Part shown: piece by piece, positions 31,248 to 42,000 of the stretch | Numbering within the stretch: the stretch's first letter is position 1 | How the letters are laid out: each line of letters opens with the position of its first letter | Assembly: GCA_964390595.1 (NCBI GenBank) | Contig: CAYMIA010000004.1 | Coordinates: 4,023 to 68,022 of the forward strand | Source: an uncultured Gammaproteobacteria bacterium | Lineage (GTDB): Bacteria > Patescibacteriota > Microgenomatia > Daviesbacterales > UBA10151 | Direction of reading: 5' to 3' | DNA length: 64,000 nt | The notes under the pieces: generated by a model | Seen by the model: the letters and a program-made list of their open reading frames with translations, nothing else | Database searches by the model: none | What the model was told of the DNA's origin: nothing | Made by a program: the position numbers and the translations under genes

Positions 31248-33226
31248 CTGCCTGGTTGCTTAACATACCAAGCATTAGCATAACCATTAACCCGGAAGTG
31301 TGGTGAAATTGGTTGATTGTCAACTTTTGCTTGCCAAGATTGATTGAAGCTCGTTGATAAAATAATAAAGAAGGGTGTCGTAGCATTATTAATGGACATA
31401 AGGTAATGTTCAGCATTTAACTTTTGAATTGCAAAGTGGGGGTTATTTAATAATTGACCGATACTACTGGGAAAATTTGAATCTTCGGTAAAGGCTTCTT
31501 TTGTAGGATTTAGCTGGCCGTTAATAATTAGATCTAAACCAGCTTTGGTTGAGGTAACCGGAAAAATTTTATTTGCCGTGTAACCCCAGTAAACAGGTTG
31601 AGTGTAGCGAAACAGCGATAAGGTATTAGATTGATAAGCTGGAGAGATGTCTCGCCATTTATTAATGATGTTTCGGGAATCTTGATAACTTTCAAAATAG
31701 CCAGCTTGACTGGAAATATCTTGATGGAGGATTACTTGGTTGATAGCAAAGAGAGGAAAAAGTTTGGAGAAATTAGGATTTTGAATGTATTGATAAAGTA
31801 AAGGATAAGGATCGCCTGGATTGTAATAAGTTCTCGAGAGAGCCGGTCTGACAAAAAAAAGTTCTGATTGTTCTTCACCTCTATAGCCCCAGGAGTAAGT
31901 TAGACTTGAGGTTAGCAAAAAAGGCATACTTAGAAGCCGCAAACTGTCCGATTTTTTTAAAATGTCATTAACTTGGTCATAAGAATTGGGGACTTGGTTA
32001 GCGTAGCCATCAAGTAATTCCCCATTCCACATTGGGAAAACTACGAATCCACAGATACTAATTAAACAAATAATTGAAAAAAATTTATTGTGGTTAGTGA
32101 TTTTAGCTAAACCTAGGCTCAAAAATAATGAATATGGTAGTAAAAAAACTAATCCAAATTTTTCATAAGGATTACGAAGAACCTGAGTTAGTTGGAAGTG
32201 ACTAAATAAAAACCCAAAAAACTCATTACCAAAAGGTGGGTTGGCTCCCTTGCTGACAAACCAGCCAACAGCTAGGATGCTGGCAAAAAGTTTGCCTGCG
32301 CTTCTCCTAACAGAGAAAATCAGACCAGCTAACATTATTCCGGTGATCAGCAAGAGTTCGTAGTTTTGATGAAGAAAGAAAGACCAATTTGGGTTGAGTG
32401 TAAAGTAATAATTTTGCTTTAGAAAAAGGACTGATAAATTGGGGAAAAAACGAGTGACCTCCTGAAGGGCGTTGAGATTTTTGTTTGGATCAAGTAACTG
32501 CGAATAATAATTATCTTTGACCAAGAGAAGCGGTCTGATCCACCAGATGTTGCTTAGCAGCCAAATGATTAATGTAGTTGCTCCAAGCAGACTAGTCTTG
32601 AGCCAGTTGGGCCGACCGATAATTATGAAATAAAGGCAAATAGCAGCTGCTGGAAGCCATAAAACAAATGATGCGGAGACAAAGCTGTACATTAGAGAAT
32701 AGATAAATGAACTTAAAGTTAAGGCCGCGAGGTAGCGAATCTTTCTGGATTTTAGAAATAGAGTAAATAAGAGTAAAAAAAGAGGTAAATATGACCATAA
32801 AAAAATTTGAGGAAATAAAAAACGGTACCAAACTTGAGACTCGGTATATAAATTAAAGGTGTAAAAAAAGGCGGCAATTTGAGCTTCGAATTGTTGTTTA
32901 GGCAGGAAAAGTTTAATTAGTAGGGGCATTGAAATTAATGGAACTAATATCAGAGCGAAAAAAATAACTTGCTGGATTAAGACCGGAGGAATATTTAAAT
33001 AACTGAGGGAGGAGATAAATAAGTAGAAGGGAATCCTTGGGACTGCTAGTGGATTGGCTAAACCGAGACCGCTATCTGTCCAAATGGTACTATATAACTG
33101 ATAGGTATGTATGGGCCGGTAAAAAATTGGTCCTTCCTCATTGGCCATTAAGGTAAGTCCTTTTCTAAACCAAACTAAACTTAAGAAAGCCGCGATAATT
33201 AAACATAAAAAGAGATACTTTTTCAT
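31214..33226 (-). CDS. YfhO/AftD-like GT-C membrane protein
   Basis: ATG 33226. Multi-TM N-half, KGANPPFG, LRNPYEKF, C-terminal SFNQSW..HFRVNGYANAW. Confidence 0.72.
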   Translation of the reverse strand: MKKYLFLCLIIAAFLSLVWFRKGLTLMANEEGPIFYRPIHTYQLYSTIWTDSGLGLANPLAVPRIPFYLFISSLSYLNIPPVLIQQVIFFALILVPLISMPLLIKLFLPKQQFEAQIAAFFYTFNLYTESQVWYRFLFPQIFLWSYLPLFLLLFTLFLKSRKIRYLAALTLSSFIYSLMYSFVSASFVLWLPAAAICLYFIIIGRPNWLKTSLLGATTLIIWLLSNIWWIRPLLLVKDNYYSQLLDPNKNLNALQEVTRFFPNLSVLFLKQNYYFTLNPNWSFFLHQNYELLLITGIMLAGLIFSVRRSAGKLFASILAVGWFVSKGANPPFGNEFFGFLFSHFQLTQVLRNPYEKFGLVFLLPYSLFLSLGLAKITNHNKFFSIICLISICGFVVFPMWNGELLDGYANQVPNSYDQVNDILKKSDSLRLLSMPFLLTSSLTYSWGYRGEEQSELFFVRPALSRTYYNPGDPYPLLYQYIQNPNFSKLFPLFAINQVILHQDISSQAGYFESYQDSRNIINKWRDISPAYQSNTLSLFRYTQPVYWGYTANKIFPVTSTKAGLDLIINGQLNPTKEAFTEDSNFPSSIGQLLNNPHFAIQKLNAEHYLMSINNATTPFFIILSTSFNQSWQAKVDNQPISPHFRVNGYANAWYVKQPGSYSVELSFDTI

Positions 33227-33258
33227 CAAACTTTATTTGGCATATTGTACTATACACC

Positions 33259-33287
33259 TTGAAAGTTGAATTTCTTAAGAATAAAAT
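33259..33287 (+). promoter_or_regulatory. sigma70-like promoter TTGAAA-17 nt-TAAAAT
   Basis: Canonical spacing upstream of ATG 33306. Confidence 0.55.
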
Positions 33288-33305
33288 GCAAAAAAGTCTG
33301 AAATT

Positions 33306-33839
33306 ATGAAAGTTAATGTAATTGTAATTAGAAGATTGAGATGGGAGGACGTTGACCGACTGAATGATTTTGTTAACCGTCTTTCTAAGGAAGATACTTT
33401 TGTCATGTTGTCTGGAGAGACGGTTACTAGAGAAGATCAGATTAATTATGTAGTTAACTCACTTTTGCAAACTGAAAGGTTAAATAAAATTCACTTAATT
33501 GCAGTTCAAAATGGGCAGGTTTTAGGTAACGCTGAAGTCCGACCTTTTGAGAAGAGAAAAAAACATGTGGGAGTGGTGACTATCGCTATTGATCAATCTG
33601 CCCGGGGCCAAGGGTTGGGGACTAAATTGCTTAAGAGGCTAATTGAAGAAGCTAAAAGAACTCATTTTAGAATGCTGACTCTTTCCTCAATGGAAAACAA
33701 TGTAGCTGGTCGTGCAGTTTACAAAAAGTTAGGGTTTGTGCAAGTGGGAATTATTCCAGAGTCCTTTATTTACAAGGGCGAATATGTTGGTGAAGTTTTC
33801 TATTATCTACCTTTACGAAAAGTTCTTGGAAAAAGCTAA
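33306..33839 (+). CDS. GNAT family N-acetyltransferase
   Basis: ARGQGLGTKLL acetyl-CoA motif, NNVAGRAVYKKLGF. Confidence 0.9.
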   Translation: MKVNVIVIRRLRWEDVDRLNDFVNRLSKEDTFVMLSGETVTREDQINYVVNSLLQTERLNKIHLIAVQNGQVLGNAEVRPFEKRKKHVGVVTIAIDQSARGQGLGTKLLKRLIEEAKRTHFRMLTLSSMENNVAGRAVYKKLGFVQVGIIPESFIYKGEYVGEVFYYLPLRKVLGKS

Positions 33840-34334
33840 CTTTTTTTGTTTTGAAGAAAATCGATTCTTAATAAAGCGAGCTGGGATCCCCCCAACGATG
33901 GTATAGGGGGCGATATTTTTGGTGACTACCGCGTTTGATCCAACGATGGCGCCTTTGCCAATTCTGACGTTTGGCATTATCACAGCGTTTGCCCCAATCC
34001 AAACATCATCCTCTATACTGATTGGACCTCCATTAAAACCTTGTTTTTTAATTGGCAGATTGGGGCTTTCATACGAGTGATCTTCAGAGACGAGATTAAC
34101 GTTATAACTGAGCATGACGTAATTTCCAATTTTAACTCCACACTGCCCGCCAATTTTTGTATCTTTGTTAAGTAAGGTATGATGTCCAATTTCTACTTTA
34201 TGGGGACTCATAATGACAACCCCACTCATAATGTCGACGCTCCTGCCGAGTTTTTTTAAAAAGAATCTCCAGAAAAAGGATCTAATTTGGGAGATTGAAT
34301 GAATATATAATTTGAAAACAAGCTGTAATTTCAT
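33813..34334 (-). CDS. hexapeptide-repeat (LbetaH) O-acyltransferase
   Basis: IEDDVWIGANAVIMPNVRIGKGAIVGSNAVVTK, GGIPAR. Confidence 0.92.
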   Translation of the reverse strand: MKLQLVFKLYIHSISQIRSFFWRFFLKKLGRSVDIMSGVVIMSPHKVEIGHHTLLNKDTKIGGQCGVKIGNYVMLSYNVNLVSEDHSYESPNLPIKKQGFNGGPISIEDDVWIGANAVIMPNVRIGKGAIVGSNAVVTKNIAPYTIVGGIPARFIKNRFSSKQKKLAFSKNFS

Positions 34335-35453
34335 TTAGTTATTTTGCAGGTAATCAGCGATAATTCTAGAAGGCTTTTTTTTAGGAGTAATTCCCTTTTT
34401 CTGATAGATGGGATAATTTAATAGAAAATCTTTCATGATTGTTGTATCGCCTAGACTAATGACGACATTTTCTCCGATGCCTTCAGTTTGCTCAACTCTT
34501 TCTCTTAGAGCTAAATAGGGTTTGCCAAGGAGGTAGGATTCATATTGATTGGTTGCGCTATCAGAGGCGATATACTCAGCATTTCTCATTAAATTTAAGA
34601 AATCTGAGTAAGAAAGTAGCGGGAGAGTGACGATTCTTTTTCGGTTGTCTGGAGAAAGTGTGGGTTTGATTGAGGAAATGATTTGATTGGAGAGTGGATG
34701 ATCAAAGATGATGCATTTGAGTTTGGGATCGGAGTTTTTTAGGACAAATTTGAGAATTCTTTTTGTCCATTCCTTCCTGAAAAAGACATGCTCTTGGCGA
34801 TGCATGATTAATATGTAATATTTTCCAAAGTCCTTGATCAATTTTTGGATGTTTTGACTGGGCTTTTTTTTCAAAGAAAATTGAAAGACCTCGGTTTGAG
34901 TGTTGTAGTAAGTGTTGATTCTTTTTTTGGTTAACCCATGGACTTTGTTTAAATTATTCATTGCCCAATCACCTGGAGGGAAAAGGACATTGGCTAAGTG
35001 AATGTTAATATTCCGGCAGATCTCTTCTGGGAAGGGTTCTCTTAAATCAAAAGACAGATCACCTGATTCCAGATGAATTAAATTTAACCGATAGAACTTA
35101 GCTAAAATGGCGCCTATAGAGGTTGAGATTGGATCTCCAAAAATTATAAAGTGACAGTTTTTGATACTGAGGTCTTTAAATTCACCTCTTAACTTAAAAA
35201 GGGCAGTGAAGAAGACGTTAATACTCCAAAGGGCAAAGTGAAGTGCAGAGGATTTATCGCCCTTTTCCTTAAGGGTGATATCGATTTTGATTTCTCCAAC
35301 GTATTCTTTCAGTTGATCAGTATGAATTTTATTTTGACCAGAAGAGATTATTTTAAAAGGCATCCGCCTTTTTTTAAGCTCTTTTAAAATTGGCGAAATT
35401 CTCACCAACTCGGTAGTTGTCCCAATGAAAAAATAAATTCTTTTGTTTGGCAT
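34335..35453 (-). CDS. divergent UDP-N-acetylglucosamine 2-epimerase-family protein
   Basis: Likely ATG 35453. FFIGTTTEL, SGQN, GDPIST, HLESG..S..PFPEEICR, MHRQE, DHP, LSYSDF, SDSATNQYES, LRERVE. Confidence 0.75.
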   Translation of the reverse strand: MPNKRIYFFIGTTTELVRISPILKELKKRRMPFKIISSGQNKIHTDQLKEYVGEIKIDITLKEKGDKSSALHFALWSINVFFTALFKLRGEFKDLSIKNCHFIIFGDPISTSIGAILAKFYRLNLIHLESGDLSFDLREPFPEEICRNINIHLANVLFPPGDWAMNNLNKVHGLTKKRINTYYNTQTEVFQFSLKKKPSQNIQKLIKDFGKYYILIMHRQEHVFFRKEWTKRILKFVLKNSDPKLKCIIFDHPLSNQIISSIKPTLSPDNRKRIVTLPLLSYSDFLNLMRNAEYIASDSATNQYESYLLGKPYLALRERVEQTEGIGENVVISLGDTTIMKDFLLNYPIYQKKGITPKKKPSRIIADYLQNN

Positions 35454-35542
35454 TCTTGACAAATGTATCTGTATTATATAGTAAGAATAGCCTAGAGGAT
35501 AGCTGGTCAAAGGTTAAATTCCATAGTATGATGGTTGAATAA

Positions 35543-36373
35543 ATGGCAGGTATTTTGGAAAAATTAAATCTCTTGCTAGCCAATACTGGCGATATGGCGC
35601 TAAAAAGAAGGGCGAAAGATTTAGTTTTGGCTCTAGAATTAACAGATGGGGATAAAGTTCTGGATATGGGTTGTGGAGATGGGTATTATGCTTATTTAAT
35701 GTCTAATTTAGGGTTAAAATTAAATATTACAGCTTCTGATTTTGATCCGGTTGGGCTTTTGAACGCCAAGAAAAATTTAAAGAGTTCAATTAAAGTTATT
35801 CAGTCTGATTTGATGCAAAAAACACCTTTTAAAAATTCCGAGTTTGATAAAATAGTTATGTCGGAGGTTGCAGAGCATTTACCAGATGATTTAAAGGGGT
35901 TAAAGGAGGTCTACAGAATTTTAAAACCAGATGGAATTTTGGCTTTAAGCGTACCGGATCACAACTATCCAATTTTATGGGACCCGGTCAATTGGATTTT
36001 GGAGCGAACTTTGGGGATACATGTTAAGAGTGGTTTTTTTGCAGGCATTTGGAATCAACATATTAGGCTTTATAAAAGGTCTCAGATAGTAAATGTTGTT
36101 GAAAGGGCTGGTTTTAAAGTGGAGGAAGCTAAAGCGATTACCTTATGGAGCTTGCCCTTTAATCATTATTTAGTGAATCTAGTTGCCAGGGCTTTACATG
36201 GAGGAGCTTTGTCAAAAGAAGCTGCCAGTGCGCTTAATAAATATGAGAAGTCTCCCAAGCGGCCAGGGGTAATCAATTTAGCTTTTGGTTTGGTAAATTT
36301 AGTCGATAAATTGAATGACTTATGTAGTTCTAAGGAAATTGGGGTATCTATATTTGTGAAGGCAAGAAAATGA
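35543..36373 (+). CDS. class I SAM-dependent methyltransferase
   Basis: VLDMGCGDG, FDKIVMSEVAEH, RILKPDG, HIRLY. Confidence 0.92.
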   Translation: MAGILEKLNLLLANTGDMALKRRAKDLVLALELTDGDKVLDMGCGDGYYAYLMSNLGLKLNITASDFDPVGLLNAKKNLKSSIKVIQSDLMQKTPFKNSEFDKIVMSEVAEHLPDDLKGLKEVYRILKPDGILALSVPDHNYPILWDPVNWILERTLGIHVKSGFFAGIWNQHIRLYKRSQIVNVVERAGFKVEEAKAITLWSLPFNHYLVNLVARALHGGALSKEAASALNKYEKSPKRPGVINLAFGLVNLVDKLNDLCSSKEIGVSIFVKARK

Positions 36374-37563
36374 AAAAAAAGATCCGCTTTTACTTTTTTG
36401 CTTTAGCTGCTTTGGGGAGTGGTATCTCAGGAAGTGACCGTATTTTTATTGAATTTGCTAAGCGTTGGTCTAAAGAAAATCCAATTGATATTTTTGTGTG
36501 GATGGAAGGTTACAAGATGTGTAAACGGTCGGATCTGTTGGGAGAAAATATTTTTTATCACGTTTCTCCAATGCAACCTTGGATAAAGTTGGGTTTTGTA
36601 ATTAACTATTTGGCTAGAATTATCGAGTCAGTCAGAGTGGCGCTGTTTTATAAGCTTCCGAAAGAGGAAGAAATTATTTGCTACTCGGCTTCTGACTTTT
36701 GGATGGATGTATTGCCTTGTTTGGTTTTGAGATTAAGGTCCAAAGATGTGGTTTGGGTTGCCAGTTGGTATCAAACTGCACCTTCACCTATCAATGGATT
36801 TAGTGAAGGGAGTAGAGAGCATACTTATCGGTTTAATGCGTTTTTATACTGGTTTATGCAACTGCCAATGAAGCCTTTGGTTGCTCATTTAGCTGATTTT
36901 ATTTTTATTAACAATGAAAGTGAGAGAAAACAGTTTAGACAAAAAAATAAATTAGTTGTAGTATTGGGTGCGGTAGATTTGGATAAAGCTGATGAATATC
37001 AGAGAACGCACAAAGCCGTGACCAAAAAGTATGAGGCTGTTTTTCAGGGCAGATTTCATCCTCAAAAGGGTGTAGTTGAATTGGTTAGTATTTGGGAGCG
37101 GGTTGTTCAAGTTTTTCCAAAAGCGAAATTGGCTATGATTGGCGACGGCGGATTGATGGGTGAGGTAAAATCAAAGATTGAGGAAAAAGGATTGGAAGAT
37201 AATATTGATTTATTTGGGGTGGTATTGGATGGTCCAAAAAAATATCAAATTTTTTCAGAGAGCAAAATGGTTGTTCATCCAGCATTTTATGACAGTGGAG
37301 GTATGGCCGCAGCTGAGGCGATGGCTTTTGGGCTTCCGGCTGTGGGCTTCGATCTACCTGCCTATAAATCGTATTATCCTCAAGGTATGGTGAAAGTGGA
37401 GATTGGTAATTTGGATCAGTTTGCCTCAACCATACTTGATTTAATACAAAACCCGGACAAGCGACAAAAAATTGGCAAGTTGGCTCAAGCTCAAGTTGTG
37501 GAGAACTTTGATTGGAATAAACGGGCTGACCAAATTTACTCACAAATAACAGCTAGAATATGA
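36370..37563 (+). CDS. GT4 glycosyltransferase
   Basis: SGSDRIFIE, GRFHPQKG, DSGGMAAAEAMAFGLP, FDW. Confidence 0.88.
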   Translation: MKKKIRFYFFALAALGSGISGSDRIFIEFAKRWSKENPIDIFVWMEGYKMCKRSDLLGENIFYHVSPMQPWIKLGFVINYLARIIESVRVALFYKLPKEEEIICYSASDFWMDVLPCLVLRLRSKDVVWVASWYQTAPSPINGFSEGSREHTYRFNAFLYWFMQLPMKPLVAHLADFIFINNESERKQFRQKNKLVVVLGAVDLDKADEYQRTHKAVTKKYEAVFQGRFHPQKGVVELVSIWERVVQVFPKAKLAMIGDGGLMGEVKSKIEEKGLEDNIDLFGVVLDGPKKYQIFSESKMVVHPAFYDSGGMAAAEAMAFGLPAVGFDLPAYKSYYPQGMVKVEIGNLDQFASTILDLIQNPDKRQKIGKLAQAQVVENFDWNKRADQIYSQITARI

Positions 37564-38375
37564 AAGATCCCAAGGTGTCAATTATTATCCCAACCAAAAA
37601 TTCAGGTCAGTTTATCGGAAACTGTTTAAAAAGTATTAAAAAACAGACTTATTTGAATATTGAAATAGTTATTGTGGATAATTTCTCTAGGGATAAGACT
37701 CCTGAGATCGCCAAAATTTATACTAAAAATTTTTATCAAATTGGACCGGAACGCTCAGCGCAAAGAAATTATGGTGCTAAGAAATCAACCGGTAAATATA
37801 TCTTTTTTGTTGATTCAGATATGGAGTTGTCACCTGAGGTTGTTGCTGCGGCGGTTAGAGTAATGGAAGCAGAAAAATTGGTTGGATTGGTTATACCGGA
37901 AGAATCATTTGGTGAAGGATTTTGGGCAGCTTGCAAAAAATTGGAGAGAAGTTTTTATGTCGGAATCGATTTTATGGAGGCATCAAGATTTTTTCGAAAA
38001 TCGGCTTTCGTTCAGGTGGGTGGCTACGATGAAGATTTGATTAGTGGGGAAGATTGGTATTTATCTCAGCGTTTGGAAAAGATTGGACAGACCCTGAATA
38101 TACCGAATTTGGTTTATCATAATGAGGGGCAGATTACTTTGTTATCAAGCATGAGAAAGAAATTCTATTATGCCAAACACTTTGCTAAATATATGAATTT
38201 AAAGGATAATGAGCACTTAAAAGATCAGATTAGTATAACTCGGCGTTACGCACTGTTTTTATCACACCCGATTAAGTTATTTAAAAATCCGATTTTAGGG
38301 CTTGGGATGTTACTTATGAAAACTAGCGAGTTTGCAGCTGGGGGGGTTGGATATTTGCTTTCACTTAGAGGGTAA
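37560..38375 (+). CDS. GT2 glycosyltransferase (paralogue of 29290..30108)
   Basis: VSIIIPTKNS, GPERSAQRNYG, VDSDM, GGYDE, GEDW. Confidence 0.9.
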   Translation: MKDPKVSIIIPTKNSGQFIGNCLKSIKKQTYLNIEIVIVDNFSRDKTPEIAKIYTKNFYQIGPERSAQRNYGAKKSTGKYIFFVDSDMELSPEVVAAAVRVMEAEKLVGLVIPEESFGEGFWAACKKLERSFYVGIDFMEASRFFRKSAFVQVGGYDEDLISGEDWYLSQRLEKIGQTLNIPNLVYHNEGQITLLSSMRKKFYYAKHFAKYMNLKDNEHLKDQISITRRYALFLSHPIKLFKNPILGLGMLLMKTSEFAAGGVGYLLSLRG

Positions 38376-38377
38376 CT

Positions 38378-38971
38378 ATGAAGAATATATTTGATGAAGT
38401 TAAAAAAAGAGGTATTTGGGAATCTGTTTTTTTGGTGTTTTACCTATTAAATATTAAGATAAGATCAATGATTGCGGTACCCTGGTTTAGATTCCGAGGG
38501 TATGATATAGATTATTCAGCAACTCTTTACAAAAAAGTAATCTTGCGGATCTCTACTCCTGGTTCAATAAAGATTGGTCAAAATTGTGGAATTGGGGACT
38601 ACTCAAGAATTCGCTGTTTTGGCTTAGGTCAGATTAAAATTGGGAAAAATGTGTCAATTAATGAATATGCAATTATCCATTCAGGCCAAATGATTAAGAT
38701 TGGAGATAATGTGACTCTGGGAGCTTTTTGTTACATTAATGATACCAATCACTCTTTTGAAAAGAAAGACCGCCCAATTAATCTGCAGGAGTGGAAGGCT
38801 CAGGGAATTGAAATAGAAGATGATGTTTGGTTGGGAGCCAATGTGACTGTTTTAGATGGGGTTAAAATTGGGAAAGGAGCAGTGGTTGGGGCAGGGGCTG
38901 TAGTGACTAAAAATATTGACTCTTACTCTGTGGCGGTTGGTGTGCCTGCTAAAGCGATTTATTCGCGCTAG
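38378..38971 (+). CDS. hexapeptide-repeat (LbetaH) O-acyltransferase
   Basis: IEDDVWLGANVTVLDGVKIGKGAVVGAGAVVTK, GVPAK. Confidence 0.92.
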   Translation: MKNIFDEVKKRGIWESVFLVFYLLNIKIRSMIAVPWFRFRGYDIDYSATLYKKVILRISTPGSIKIGQNCGIGDYSRIRCFGLGQIKIGKNVSINEYAIIHSGQMIKIGDNVTLGAFCYINDTNHSFEKKDRPINLQEWKAQGIEIEDDVWLGANVTVLDGVKIGKGAVVGAGAVVTKNIDSYSVAVGVPAKAIYSR

Positions 38972-39052
38972 AAGTTACTTTCTATTGATAATCTGAGGTC
39001 AATTATATATTGTATGTATGAATTAGCCGGGAGTCTCGGGCTTTTAGGTAAT

Positions 39053-42000
39053 ATGAAAAAAATTTTGTTCATTCTCTTTGTTTCACTGGTAGTTGTGATT
39101 AGTTGGAGGTTGATAGCTTATGTTCAGCAAGATATTAGCAAAAATGGTTTTTATACTATTGTTAGTAATGAGTATCGGAATGGTTTTTTCGCTCATGGAG
39201 GTGTTGTTGCTTGGCAGGGGGATAAGCTAATTGGGCAATTTAGCGCGCATGATGATAATTTGGGAATCATTCAAATTCCCACTAAATATCTGCCTCTAAG
39301 TTTGGCTGGTCAAACTGTTTTTAAATTAAAAAGCTTAAGTCAAAATGACTGGTCTTTTCAGGGGACATATGAAAATAAGGGGATACTAATTTATGATTCC
39401 TACCCGTTTGGCCTACCTTTAATTACTGATTCAAAGAAGCGGACTTATCAGTTTGAGATAACATCAACTAACATTGATTCAACTAAAAATCCAGATTTTA
39501 GCTCGAATCACTTGTTCACTGAAAAGTATGTTTTTCCTCATCAATCAACCAAGCAATATCCTTTGATTCTAATCAAAAAGATCTCTTCAGCTTTCTCTGA
39601 TGAAAGTTTTTGGCGCTGGGATTGTCTACTCGTGCCGACATTATTATTCGCATTTCTTTTGCTGGGAATTTTTACCAAGACAATTAGGGATAATTTAATT
39701 AAACCCTTTGTTTTAGAACTGCTTCCTTCATTGTTCAAAAAAAGACCTGTCTTGATTCTTATATCGGCGGTGGTTTTGTTTTTTTTCTATCTGTCAAATT
39801 TAAATTCTAATCTATTTTTTTTACTTTTCCTATTTACTTGGTCAACTTTAATCTTATGTTTTAAATTGAAACCTGATTTTTCATTTAAAGCAGCTATAAC
39901 TGTTCTTTTATTAATACCGGTTTTTATCTTTTTAGGCCATGACAAATTATCTGAAGAGATCGCAGTTTTTGTTTGGGCTTTTTTTATTATTGGGGTGGGA
40001 CATTATTTAGTAGATTACTATTTTTCAAAACAGGCTAAAATCCGTTCCTTAGAACGAGCTTGGGTTGAGTTATCCAAAAAGCAAAAATTCCTTATCGGAG
40101 CGGCAGTTGTACTGGGAATTTTTGGCATTTCGATTTTTTTTAAAAGTTACTATTTAGGTGGGGATGATACTAAATTTTATTATCTGTATCCGGATCTTTT
40201 TTATCAAAATTTTGTGTCCAAAATTGGTCCTGATACATCAGTTAGTAGCCTGCTGAGTTTGCTTCCCCCGACTAGCATTGCTCCCTTTATTTTGCCACTA
40301 GTTGCTATAAAATTTATCTTTAGAGCAGCGAACCTGCAATTTGTCTTGTATTCTTTAAATATATTCTTTGGAGTTTTTTTCTTCTATAAGTTTATCGACT
40401 ATTTAATTCCAAGGTCGGACATCTTTAGTAAGTGGGCTAAGTTTTTGGGAGCTTTACTTTATTGTTTTTCGATTTTTAATTTTTATTCGTACTTTAATTC
40501 TCAGCTTCTGGTGATGTACTTGCTGAGTACTTTTCCTTTAAGCATGCTTTTGTTTATTAAAGCTGTGAGAGAGCAAAAAATTCATTTGGTGGTGATTTGT
40601 GCATTGATCAGTACTATTTTTGGCTTTCTGTCAGTTTATATCCCATGGCTCTCAGCGCTATTCATTGTTTCTTTACCCCTTTATCTACTGTTTTTTTTGG
40701 AGCATAAAAAAAGGTTTTTAGCATACTCAGGCCTTTTGATTGGATTGTTGATTTTGCTCAACTGTCATTGGTTTGTTTATCTGACTTTCTCATCAGTTTT
40801 AAACCAGTCGTTTGGTTATACGGATCCCAGTATTACAACTGATGCATTTAGGAAGTTAAATGAGCAGGGAATTAAGATAGCTTCATCGATTAATTCACCC
40901 ATTTATCCGTTACTTAATTCTTATCATTATGATATCCAAAAGAATTTTAACTGGCCATTTTTGGCGATTTACGAGTCTTGGTATAAAAATTTGCTTTGGA
41001 TTAATATTTTCTTTATAGGGATTATTTTATGGGCGGTTTTTTTAAACAGCAAAGAAAAGGGTTCGAATTGGCCATTTGTTACAACTGTGTCAAGTTTGCT
41101 TATTGGAGTCTACTTTTTTACAGTCAATATTGGGGGATGGGGGCAGCCACTTTTTATCTGGTTAAATAATACTATTCCTGGTTTTGTAATGTTTAGAAAT
41201 ATGTATGATAAATTTGCTCCTGCCATGGCTTGGAGTTTTGCTTTAGCATTTAGTGCAAGTTTAATATCAATAATTTTAAGAATTCATTCAAAGCAGACAA
41301 AACAGATTTTGTTGGGATTTAGTCTGTTTTTAATTGCACTTAATGCGAAGCCTTTTTTGTTAAACGAGTTCAATAATGTGCCAATTTGGACAACTAAAGC
41401 TACTTACAATACTATTTCGGGTTTGAATCAAGATTACTTAAATCTCCTCGAGTTTGTTAGAAGTCAGGATACTTCGGCAAGGTATTTGGAATTACCTCTA
41501 AGCTATGGAAACATTTCACAAATCCAAGATCAAAGTTTATCTAATCACTACTATAACGGTTTGGCGCCGCTTTTAATATTAACTGGCAAAAATGATTATT
41601 CTGGGGCAATGAGCTTTGGTAGTTTTGGGCAGGAATTGATCGATGATATCCAAGAACACCGGTACCAAGAGTTTGGTTTATTACTTAGGCAGTTTAATGT
41701 AAAGTATGTGATTGTTAATAAGAGTCTCAATGATGAGTTAATTAATAGTTATATTTTTGGTGGTTTGTATCAAAAACAAAACGATGAGTTTAAGAGAGTT
41801 ATTTTGGGTCAGAAAATTAAAGATTTTGGTAGTAGATACTCGATGTATGAAATAAATCCCGAGTTTGCAGTTGACAAGATTTATCTGGCGGCGGATTTTA
41901 AACAATTACCAACGGTTAATGAACTTCAATTTAAAAAGCTTTCAAGTACTAAATATCAAATTAACATTCCCTCTATCCATCAAGATTCTGACCTGGTTTT

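Noticed and set aside
33306-33839. GNAT as a toxin-antitoxin toxin
   Set aside because: There is no adjacent small antitoxin ORF, and the sequence looks like a generic stand-alone GNAT.
35456-35482. TTGACA...TATAGT as promoter for 35543
   Set aside because: The spacer is only 15 nt; TATGAT at 35527, 10 nt before the ATG, fits the local pattern better.
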